From assembly GCA_900617105.1 (NCBI GenBank), contig UYFQ01000137.1:1-36425 (forward strand): DNA of 36,425 bases, in the 5' to 3' direction. The position numbers and the translations under genes are program-made. The DNA is from Hydrurus foetidus (taxonomy: Eukaryota). Position 1 is the first letter of the stretch. Every line of letters starts with the position of its first letter. Under the pieces are notes generated by a model. It saw only the letters and a program-made list of their open reading frames with translations, searched no databases and was not told the origin of the DNA. Shown here in pieces: positions 1 to 10,192 of this stretch.

Positions 1-1
1 G

Positions 2-1347
2 TGGATTTCGGTTGGAGTGTAAGGAAGAGCACACGCAGTCACTATTAATGCATGCTCTGTGAAAGTCAGTTAGTGGGCACTTGTGACGGAGATGGATGCT
101 TTTGCCGTAAGGACGAGTGCCTCGATTGCGAGCGAAGCCACCGAAGCACTCGAGTATTGATAATTGCTTCGCCATCTTATCGAGTAAGCAGTCGATTGGC
201 GCCATGTACTTTCCTGCAGCACGATTGGTATCAGTCCACAATTGGAGAAACACGAGCTCATCTATCTGTCGGTCTTTGTACTTCTCCGTCACTGCATCGA
301 TGAAGTGCGCCTGGCCCGCGTACGTCGAGGCCGCATTTGGGCAGAAGATAAACTCATCGAAATCAGCCACAAGCACCTTCTCGTAACCGTGAATAGCTGA
401 TGCTTCAAATCTGCAACGAGTAAGAGTGGCAGTCTTGTCGTCGTCAAGATAAGTGACCAGCCTCATCCACTCCTCAGACACAGGAATAGTGTTGTCGAAT
501 CTTCTGTCAGAATGTTCCAGTTCGCTGAACACAGTGTTAGGATGATAGACTATGTTAGACATCCACTGACGACCCTGCTGATTCTGAGAAAGACTGTACG
601 GACTGCTAAAGATAGCATTTCGGTTTAGTCCGTTTTTGTCGTAGACAAATACCTTAAATCCCAGCAGGGAATAATGTCTGACCCACTCGTATATCAGGGC
701 CCCATTAGGTTCCGCCTTAATGGGCTGAGAGGACACATAGGGTATCGCCAAACAAACAGCTTTTTGCGGAAAGGACGTATTTGGCTGTCTATCAATTTGG
801 GACGATGGCGAATCTATAGAAAAATCAGACCTCCAAATCTTGTCATGAGTTGACAGAATCATATGCCCTTTGATCTTCTGTTGACGTCCATTTTTTGGAT
901 GCTTGTGACATGCTGAACTGTGAGGGGTGGGACAGAAAAAAAAGACTTGCCAGAAATATTTCGACATGCGCCAATGTTCATATTGAACTCGATAGAAGCA
1001 GGACCATTCGACAGATGATTTTGACAGTACCATCGATGCATTCCCAATAACTGAGTATCCGCGATCACGGTGCATGAATGGAGGTGCAACATCCAATCTC
1101 ACGACACCGAGAAGCTCAATAGAGCAATCACATTTATCTCCGTATCTTAGTGACTGTAGCTTCTCACGAAATAGTGGGGCGGAATCACTTCCGTTCTGAG
1201 AGCCTGATAGATATTCTTTTTCTCTGAACGATATGGCATTCGGGCCGAACAGTTGATCAACCCAAGGCGATCTATCATGCCCAATATGATTCCGTCGAAA
1301 GGAGAGAATAGTAAAGTTTTCATGATTCCCAGATGCTGTATCAGTAC
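2..1347 (-). CDS. Putative glycosyltransferase family 92 / DUF23-like (GT-A fold) protein, main exon, 3'-truncated by the window edge
   Basis: My own translation gives a stop-free minus-strand frame from 1372 to 2 (457 codons). It is absent from the ORF track because no stop falls inside the window. It contains AVCLAIPY...LIYEWVRHYSLLGFKVFVYD, CRFEA...KVLVADFDEFIFC (DxD motif) and GKSIH, a pattern typical of GT92-like proteins. The start codon was not identified. Confidence 0.7.
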
Positions 1348-1421
1348 CTGTCGTGGGTCGCCGATTTGAAAATTACTTTGTGTTCATGAATAATGGTGAT
1401 TACACGCCACGCTTTACTCAC
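1348..1421 (-). other. Putative 74-nt spliceosomal intron
   Basis: Minus strand reads AAC|GTGAGT ... CACGACAG|GT. Splicing removes the in-frame TAA at 1373-1375 and joins a hydrophobic upstream segment (FACLGFVSLHLLQQLTSFA) in frame. Confidence 0.55.
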
Positions 1422-2004
1422 GTTCTGAATCTGCGAAACTGGTCAGCTGCTGCAGCAAATGCAAGCTGACGAATCCCAGACAAGCAAATGTGGTATTCAC
1501 ATTGAATAGTTATCGATCAACGCACAGTTCTTGGATCAGAATTCCACGATGCTTTCTCTGCAATCATCAACAACATCACCGATGCCTCCAGCACCACGTT
1601 TTGATTGCAGACAATCCAATCACAACCCATATTCACGTATTGCCATCAACAGAGAGGACCTATCCATCTGTCTTTTGACAGTAATGAAAATTTTGATGCT
1701 GATGGAGACTACAGAGTATGAGGATTCGGGATTCGGAAGTTGACCGCGGTCGTGAGTCTGACTCAATGAAGCAGCTATTCGACGAATCCTGTTGTTATTT
1801 CATTATGGGTCATGAACGAAGTCTGCTGGGCATGACTGAGACCGAGATCAGAGCACGCAGGAAGAATCAACACGAGCCAATGATGAAGTTGATTGAAATC
1901 TTATGTACGTATTCATGCTTCAAATACTCGATAACTGTCTTGTTATTCGCAGCACTTAAACTGCTGGTGTAGCGTATGATTGCACCAGTCCAATATCAAA
2001 TCAA

Positions 2005-2164
2005 GGTTGGAAGAGCAGGTTGCAACTGGAGCATCCTCCAATGGCACTCGCTCCCAGCAATTTATACAAATATGTCGATCCTCCAATGGCAGATTCAAAA
2101 GTGAGCGTATCGCACGCACACCAGCAAACACCAAATGTCAGACCTACGCACGCAATGTCCAACA
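2005..2164 (-). repeat. Candidate 3' LTR of a Ty1/Copia element
   Basis: The minus strand starts TGTTGGA at 2164, directly after a purine-rich AGGGGTG (2165-2171). An imperfect inverted end GGTTGGA lies at 2005-2011. It sits ~70 bp downstream of the Copia RNase H end. There is no second copy in the window. Confidence 0.45.
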
Positions 2165-2237
2165 CACCCCTGGCTGACTTAGATCACTCATACAATCAGT
2201 TTCACGTCATTAACAGATATATTCATCAATTAGCTTA

Positions 2238-2633
2238 TCACATCCATCAGGACATCTGCTTTCATCTACTGAATTGCGACCCCGTGCAGTGGCTTGCAGT
2301 GGCGTTCGGGGACATTCCTCAGCCCTTTGTGCACTACTTGCACCATTCATGTCCACCCGTTGTCGCAACCAAATGAATGATACATGCTCTCAGTGTCCAA
2401 GCGTGCATCCGATTTCCGTAGTCTTCATTAAGCGACTGCAACTTTATGCGAGATGTCACAATCACCTCCAGGTACCGCGTCACCCAGTTGCCAGGAAGGT
2501 AGGATGAAGGCCTCTACTTGCCGAGTCCAATAGTGCGATCAGCTCTTCTTCCGTGCTCGAGTTTGTCACGACACTTCATTTGCCTGACTAGCAATGAACC
2601 CTCCTAATTCTGATCACACCATAGCTCCCTGTA
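2238..2633 (-). pseudogene. Degraded Ty1/Copia RNase H (C-terminus of pol)
   Basis: Frameshifted minus-strand fragments TGSY, VHC*SGK, VVTNSSTEEELIALLDSASRGLH, WLRQRVDM, VVHKG and KPLHG match the order of Copia RNase H motifs SHTG...SSTEAELxA...W...ADxLTKPL. Confidence 0.75.
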
Positions 2634-2956
2634 TGCTGTGTCACGGTTCAGCAAACTGGCTGAAGATGAAACGTTGGTTCTGGAGTTGAGCAAATCGGCT
2701 CAACTGGAGATCTTGTCAGACTACTTGGACTGATCAAGGCGGTTGGTTGACTCAAAGGAGTCGAAGTCGGTTGGAGTTTATTAACGGTAGTTATTAAGAT
2801 GTGAAAGGAGTGTGAGATTAGCTACGATAGAGTGCAACTCGAGTTGACGTTGTCGAACAGTCAGAAACCGAAAACTGGTTCGAAAAACTAGTGGTTACAA
2901 CTAACGTGCGATGTGTCAGTACATACGTGCATGCAATATATAGTGTAACTATAACA
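2634..2956 (-). repeat. 3' LTR of Gypsy element 1
   Basis: TGCTGTGTCAC...GTAACTATAACA. Identical to 9870-10192 except G2913 versus T10149. The left edge is uncertain by a few bp. Confidence 0.95.
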
Positions 2957-2968
2957 CCACCCTCCTCC
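2957..2968 (-). other. Polypurine tract of Gypsy element 1
   Basis: Minus strand GGAGGAGGGTGG immediately precedes the TGTT start of the 3' LTR. Confidence 0.9.
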
Positions 2969-3378
2969 GGATCAAATGAATTGATTCTGTGAAGTGGAAA
3001 TTAAGAAATACAAATAGTTAACTACATCTCAGTGAGTTCGTTAAAGTATTTGCATCGCGATAAAAGCTTGTTGCGCGGTAAAAATCGAACCAGCCACCCT
3101 GAAACAAATACTAGGACCTGTAACAACAGCACCAAAAACCATTTTGCTTGCATTGAGACGGAAAATATAAGTGTTTATATGAACATAACAGTGTATGATG
3201 TGTATTATTGTTGTGACGGTTTTTCAATTTTTTGGTCAGTTGCGATGACGACGAGTTTTTTGATTATTTTTGTTGTGACGATGGTATTGAGGTTGCAGTT
3301 GACGTAAAAAAAACATTTTTTTGAAGTGAGATATATACATCAATATAGATCGGATGATCACAATTTTTTCGAGGTACA

Positions 3379-4013
3379 ATGGAGGATATAGTGAAGTGGC
3401 CACTCAGTGAAAACATGTGCATGTTACATGTTCTGTACAATGGATTGGACAGTGCTGGTAGAGAGTTAATGACATGTGGTGGCACATTTGAACCAAGAGC
3501 GTTACTGAAGTCTGTTATGGTTAATGGTGTTGGAAGGACACTGTTAAAAGGAGCGAGCGCAGAGGACGCACACAAGCTTATGGAGAAGATTGTAGAGAAT
3601 AATAAAGCGAGAGGAAAGTCAGTGATGTATACGTGGAAGAGGGTCGGATACAATCGCAAGACGAACAAACGGTGGAATGTACACGATATTCGAAAATCAT
3701 TGGGGAAGAAAGGGTTACATGTGATATTTGGGAAAGCGAAAAAAGAGAGCGACAAGCACAAGAATTGGATCAAGAGATTGAAGAAGCTGGAGAAGGATGG
3801 CGAAGAGGATGAGATCGAGAATTTGTATGCCGAAGCGGCAGACGGGTGGAGTGCGGTAGATCATGCAGTAGGCATTAGTGTGATGAAAATTTGAATGCAA
3901 CACTAATTTGTAATGGATGTGTTAAGGGCGCGAAAAAAATTTCAATCTTGAATTTAGCAGATAGAATGGAAGATGTTTGCATATGTTATGAGTATGATTT
4001 GGTGGAAATTTAA
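3379..4013 (+). CDS. Antisense extra ORF inside Gypsy element 1; putative papain-fold (Josephin-like) cysteine peptidase, ~211 aa after correcting one frameshift at ~3882
   Basis: The 171-aa ORF at 3379-3894 continues in the -1 frame as DENLNATLICNGCVKGAKK...YEYDLVEI* to TAA 4011-4013. Motifs ENMCMLHVLYNGL, DHAVGISV and TLICNG are present. The function is my inference from motif pattern only. Confidence 0.6.
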
Positions 4014-4183
4014 AATATAAAAAAATGTTTTTGTCGGGTTCACACCCTTTTGATCGGTCAACCGTGGAGGACCTGCGAAAGGCCTGGTAGTACCTGAGTG
4101 CCTGGAGCATTACGATACATGATAGATCAAAACTTGAAATTGACGGAAACTGCATTTGGATCGCCGGACAGGAGAAACACAGG

Positions 4184-7100
4184 TTAGTCTTGATCGTATT
4201 GTCTTGGAATAATTGTTTTCATGTTGTTGTTTCGAAGGTATGTATGTACTGCCGATACTGATTTCATCTCTGCCCATGGTTCCCAAGTGTCGTGTTCCGA
4301 AGAGTATTTATGCCAGCGTACAAGGAATTCAAGAGTGCTGACTTTTTTCGGATTGCCACGATGAGTAACGATCGAATCGACGATGTACTCATCTCGGTCA
4401 AGGAGTGCAGTGGTGTATGCTTCGGCAGCAGAGCCGATGAAAGGTGAGACTCGACTTGCGTGCAATTTGTGAACAATGTTAGTGATAACATCTTTACAAC
4501 TGATGTCGTTCTTTGTCTGATGCAGAACTTTGTAAGGTCCGAGCATTCGAGGCGAAAGCTTAGTTGAACGGAAGGAATGCGAGTTTTCGAGCGGATTCCA
4601 GAGTATAAAGTCGCCAGGTTGGAACTTGTTTTGGAATGCGGGAGGCGTTAAAGACTGCCGTTTAAGCCGTAGGGATTTTTGGTAGTCAGAGGTCACAGAT
4701 CTTACAATAGAGAGATTATGGTCAAGCGCAGTGACAAGTTCGTTGTAGGTGTGACCTGGCGAAAGCGGATCGGGCAATTTGAAACGAGAGTGATCTCGTG
4801 TGCCAAATTTAAGTTCTATTGGAGAGACACCTCCAATTTCTGCATTGGGCATCGTCATCAAGGCATGATTGATGAGTGGGAGAACTGTGTCTGATGCCCA
4901 CTTGTGAGTGAAGCGTTCGTCGTGGACTAGGCGACGTAGGTGTCCAAGGAACAGTGCGTTGACATGCTCAGTACCGTTGGACTCGTGGCGGCCGACAAGT
5001 GATACATGGTGAGGTACACCAATCCATTTGTTTAGTTGGTCAAGGACGTCTGAAGTGAAGGCGCTACCCGGATCGGAATAAAGGGAGTCGTAAGATCCGA
5101 AGGTACAGTAGTGTTTGAAGAGTACTGTTGCAACTGTCTGTGCGGTATAATCACGCACCGGATAAGCTTGGGAAACTTTGTGTCGAGTTCGACAACAAGT
5201 AATAAGCCGATGTAACCGTCCTCATCTGCAGGTGTGACAGAGACGTGGTCGATGCCGATGGAACGGGGGTGGTGGAAGACAGTTTCGCGAATCTCATTGT
5301 TTGGAATGAGTTGCATTGGAAGGCGATCTTTTTGACACACGGGACATTCGGCAACCAGATCTTGGACGACGCGGAGTGGAATCCCGTGACCAGGAAATCG
5401 ATGACAGAGGGAAAGATAGGTGCGTTTTGCGCCATGGTGCAAGGATCGTCCTCCATGGACAGTATTGAACATATCCATGACTGTTGCAGGTGTTGAAATG
5501 GTAGAAAGGGATGATTGTGCTGTTGAAGGTAGCTGGTGCATTCGTGATAGCCAATCTGCCACAGTGTTGTCTTTACCGGGAATATGTTTGACATCGAAGA
5601 CATAGCTCTGAAGGAGTACCCGCCAGCGAACGACAATTGGGACTTGACTGGTTTCTATCCAGACTAGATTACGGTGGTCGGTCTCTAGTAGGAATGGTTT
5701 ACCTCGAAGATAGTAACTAAACTGAGTGACAGCAAAGTATAATCCGTAAGCTTCCTTTTTGAAGGTGTCCCAATTGATAGCGGCGCCAGAATATTTGTGT
5801 GAGGCGAATGCTATCGGTTGATGGATGAGAGAACCTTGAGGGTTTATGAATTCTTGGAACAAGACAGCACCTACGGCATGATCGGAGGAGTCCGATCGAA
5901 TTACCCAAGGTAGAGTGTAATCTGGAAAATGCAGTGTTACTGACTGTGTGATGGCTATTTTGAAGAGTTCAAATAGGTGTTTATAGTCGGTTTTCCATGT
6001 AGAGCTGTCCCAGTTGAAGCTAGCAGCAGTGCATTCGTATAACGCAGATGCCCATGAGGCGAAGTTGGGAATGTGGGTATGAAAAAAGTTTGCTGCTCCT
6101 AAGAAACTTTGCATTTGTTTCTGTGTTGTAGGGAAGACCATAGAGGAGATGGCAGCTTTGCGTGCGTCTGAGAGCTGCCAAGATCCTGGGTGAACTTCGT
6201 AGCCGAAGAAAGTGACAACGTCGGTCCCGATCCACGATTTTTTCATCTTTAAAACCAGACCGTATCTTTGGCAGCGACGTAGTACTTCTTCAAGTTTACT
6301 GTAAGCATCGTTGTAATCGGAGGCGAGAATCAAAAAATTGTCGAAAATAACAATAATCCAGTCGGTGAAGTCTGCAAAGATTTGACGGACTATGGACTGA
6401 AGGATACCAGATGCTGGGCCAACTCCTTCTGGAAGGAACTTTGGACGGAATAGTCCCCATGGTGTAGATACAGAAAGGAGGTTGGAGCTGAAGTCGTCTA
6501 TAGGAATTTGGTGGAATGAGTTTGTCATATCCAGATCCACAAAAACTTTCCATCCTGCCGCTTTTGCGAGAGACTGTTGAACATGTGGTATTGGTTCTTG
6601 TGGAATACTAATGAAAGGATTGATAGGGCGATAGTCGCCACAGAGTCTTATGAAGGGAGCAGTAGCTTTTGGTGCAATCACTAGTGGACAAGCGATTGCA
6701 GATGTCGATGGTTCGTAGAAGTATGTTCGCATGCGGTCAAACTCGGTTTTAGCGTCTTGATACAAGGCCTCTCGAACAGGTCGAGCCCGTGCTTTAAGGT
6801 GATCAGGTATTCCAGGTTTGACGTCAAGATGTATTGGTGACATGTCAATGCCCTTCCACGTATGTGGGACAAAAACATCATAAGCAAGTTCTGATTGAAG
6901 GAGGTCCATGATAGCTGGACAAGCAGCAAGTATGCCAGGAGTAACGTGCGTTATGAGATCAGCGTCATATGCTGCTCGAGCTTCTTGTGGAGTGGTTGTT
7001 AGGTAAGTTAGGATGTCGTCGGGGAAACTAGTTGGATCAGGAGTACTGAGTTCTTCGGGTGCAAGAGAGTCGATAGGTTTTGACCAAGGTTGGAGTATGT

Positions 7101-7947
7101 CACCAGGATCTGGGGAGCATAGCAACGCAGTTAACATGTCGTATTGAGTTTCTACACGATTGTCAGCAAATGCGTGACCAAGTCGAGGATGAGTAAGAAC
7201 ATTAGTGATTGTTCCATCCTCAAGTGCGAGTAGATGTATGTCAGTAGTAGCACTAGTGCAAATAATATTCTTGCGTTGCACATAGTCTTCATTACATTTT
7301 CGCAATTTTCTTGTTGCACTCTCTATCTCATGATGGTTTTGTTTCAGACGAAGTTGATTAATTGTTTTTGTTGCTTTTGTCAAATTTGTTCCAAGATCGT
7401 TGGTGATCAAAAGTTGGCGAGCTGTTACGATGGAATCAGCGAAGAGATCATAAAACGGTCCGATAAGATCAATCAATCCAATGATAATGTCATGACTCAA
7501 ATCGTCAAGGACGCTGTACCAGAGCAGGTGTTGGTGATTGTTGTCGGTAGAATCGAATACACTTATGGTAAGAGGAACTTCAAGTTGGATTGATAGGAAG
7601 CGAGCGTCGCCTAAGCGAACTATTCGATCTATTGGGCGACTGAGATTAGTAACAGTCTCAGGAAGGCTATCAAATAGTTGTCTGGAGATGAAGTTGCTGC
7701 CTTGTGCTCCTGTGTCAAGTAAACCTCGTGTGAAGTTGATTGGTTCGTTGTCAGTCACGATGGTACCAGCGCGAATGAAGGGCTGGCACAGTGTCTGTGA
7801 AGATGTAGATGTGGCAGCTGCCAGTTGATTGAGCATGGCTTGCGTTAAGACTTTGTCGGGATCAAATACAGTCGGATGTGCGTAGTCGTTTAAGGGGGCG
7901 AGGTGATCTTCCACATGCATGTCAGCAAAGGAAGGCCTCGCAGATTC
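4184..7947 (-). CDS. pol: Pol polyprotein (protease, RT, RNase H, integrase, chromodomain); one frameshift at ~5171
   Basis: Protease LLDTGAQ. RT DYRPIN, DMTNSFHQI, LPEG and IFDN. RNase H SDSS, KEAY, TDHRNL and ADWLSR. Integrase H-H-CPVC, IDH, SDPG, TEH and GPY. Chromodomain YIVDSIVTHR...FLVRW...DTWEP. ORFs 5032-7920 and 4184-5158 join as DTKFPQAYPVRDY if one C is restored. Confidence 0.96.
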
Positions 7948-9674
7948 CTATTTGTGGTACGGACGAGTAGTTGTCGTTGAGACATGAGGCTTTGTAGCTG
8001 CAGGAAGATATGGAGGTGCAGAGTTCTTGAATCCGTGGGAATTGTTTATTTTCTGTTTGTTGGTTGGTTCAAGTTTTGGAGAAGACCATTGTTCTAGCTG
8101 TCCATGTTGTTGTAGCTCTCGTTTGGCAAGTAGAGTAAATGACTGAATACACCGTTCCTGACCTGCAGCCGAATGATCAAAAGTGCAACCAGAGTGCTGG
8201 CGCATGCATTTACCGTAGACGAATGCTTCACTGCAATATCCACGGAAGGTCGCAGAAACAGCTGAACGGGAGCGATGCTGATCTGCGTTTATTGCAAGGA
8301 GGAAATCATTGTCTGTAGGTGTCGTGTTTGTATCATTCTGGTCATCAAATTCTTCAGTTGAGATTTCAAGCGCATCCTCCTTTTCTATGTCTTCATCATT
8401 GTTATCGTCATCGATGGAGTTTGACGTTTGTCGAGAAGAGATCTCTAGCGAAGAGAAGTTGGACTGCCGATGTTGGTCGTGTTTACGAGGAGTAACAAAC
8501 GGTGGACGGCTTGGTGTAGATATCTGATGTCGGGTATGCGATTCCGCTTGAGTGTATCGTAAATCCTCATAGCGAATAGGGGTCAGCTTTGCATCGAAGT
8601 CTTGACGAGCCTCGCTTTGGGCGCGGCCCTCCATTAGTCTGGCTCTGATAAACTTGACTGATGCCTCAAGAGTCTTGTGTTTGACGAGTTCGTCTTTGCT
8701 AAGCCATTGTAGTATTGATTCTTTTGTGTACCCAATGATATTAGCCATAAGGCAATTTGACCAGGACTGTCCCTTGTTCCATAGCCGCAGACTGGAATCT
8801 TTGCCTTGTTAGTGCTGTGATTGGAGGTTTCTTCTGACATGAGCTCGTAGAGGTGGAGCAAGTCGGTGAGTGACTTCATCAGTGGAGCGTAGAATGTGCT
8901 AGAGAAGTTGTCGGTGGTTATGGAGGGAGTCTGTGGGATTCCTTTGCCGAGAAACAGAATTAGTTCCTTGGAGTAAAGCTCTTTTGTTCTTGGTCTTGCA
9001 GCCTCCACCAAAATAGCTTGTACCTCTGAATTTGATAAAGAGAGCCAATCTTCAACCATTATTTCGTTGGTTTCTATTCCGGTAATTAGGGATTCTCGAT
9101 AACGGTGGGAGTTCCACGAGGCTATCACATGCGGGCGAAGGTTGTAGGAGACCATGTGGGCCATTTTGATATCACGACCGGGGTATTTGGAGGACAATAG
9201 TTGAAGTTGTCGAGCCAGATACTGGAGGCCTTCCAACGAACTGACTTTCAGCTCTTTGTCGTACACAATATCTGCTTGGAGCACTTGGATATTTGGTTTC
9301 AGTGGCGTATCAATGAGCGGCGTATCTGATGGCGGTGGACTTAATGGAAGTTGGGAAATTCCGAAGAACATTGAGGATCTTCTGCTACCACGGGATTTGA
9401 TTGGGAGAGGTGTTTCCATGCTTTCGTCACCCATTGGAGATTGAGAGCTTGATCGATTGATTGCGATGATGGCGTCTTTGAGTTCGTTAATGTCGGCACG
9501 ATTGCTTGCTTGGTTTTCGTTACTCGATTTCAGAAAGTGAGCGAACATATTCTTGAGCTCCAGAATCGAATTTTCGATTGGGTTTTCCTTCGAGACATCC
9601 ATCTTCTTTTTTAAGTCTTCCTTCTTGGCATCTTCTTTCAAAGGTTGGGTTTGGCTTCCTGTTCCTTCAGACAT
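7948..9674 (-). CDS. gag: Gag-like protein with C-terminal CCCH zinc finger; one frameshift at ~8723
   Basis: Lies between the 5' LTR and the protease. The first ATG is at 9674. ORFs 8634-9743 and 7948-8748 join as ISLGTQKESILQWL if one A is added to an A4 run. C-x8-C-x6-C-x3-H is at 8173-8235. Confidence 0.85.
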
Positions 9675-9869
9675 AGTCGAAGCAAGAAAAGAGAATTGTA
9701 GACTTGGTTTCTTGAATAGGTTTCTTGATTCAAGATTGAGCACTTACCTCAGAGATTCGGAATCTCGCTGAGCCAGGGCGATCACTGCTTTCTGGCGGAT
9801 AAGAGACGAATCAACTGAGGGAAATCGTTCCTTTAACGTTTTCTCGTGGTTACTAGAAATATATATTTA

Positions 9870-10192
9870 TGCTGTGTCACGGTTCAGCAAACTGGCTGAA
9901 GATGAAACGTTGGTTCTGGAGTTGAGCAAATCGGCTCAACTGGAGATCTTGTCAGACTACTTGGACTGATCAAGGCGGTTGGTTGACTCAAAGGAGTCGA
10001 AGTCGGTTGGAGTTTATTAACGGTAGTTATTAAGATGTGAAAGGAGTGTGAGATTAGCTACGATAGAGTGCAACTCGAGTTGACGTTGTCGAACAGTCAG
10101 AAACCGAAAACTGGTTCGAAAAACTAGTGGTTACAACTAACGTGCGATTTGTCAGTACATACGTGCATGCAATATATAGTGTAACTATAACA
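9870..10192 (-). repeat. 5' LTR of Gypsy element 1
   Basis: Direct repeat of 2634-2956 with one mismatch and TG...CA ends. Confidence 0.95.

Larger units (their letters stand above)
2634..10192 (-). mobile_element. Full-length chromodomain-containing Ty3/Gypsy LTR retrotransposon (~7.56 kb)
   Basis: Two direct 323-bp LTRs with TG...CA ends, a PPT, gag, and pol in the order PR-RT-RH-INT-chromodomain. Confidence 0.97.

Noticed and set aside
1490..1972. Short plus-strand ORFs (62-84 aa)
   Set aside because: No recognisable motif. They may be a gene fragment but cannot be supported.
2630..2633. LTR starting at TG 2630
   Set aside because: The 5' LTR has TT at the equivalent position, and these bases fit the Copia Thr-Gly codons. 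Position 2634 gives TG in both LTRs.
3264..3773. Hydrophobic 169-aa minus-strand ORF as a possible env gene
   Set aside because: It is the mirror of the purine-rich plus-strand ORF and shows no furin site or fusion-protein layout.
4264..9771. Small overlapping ORFs within gag and pol
   Set aside because: Alternative-frame or antisense shadows of the retrotransposon genes.
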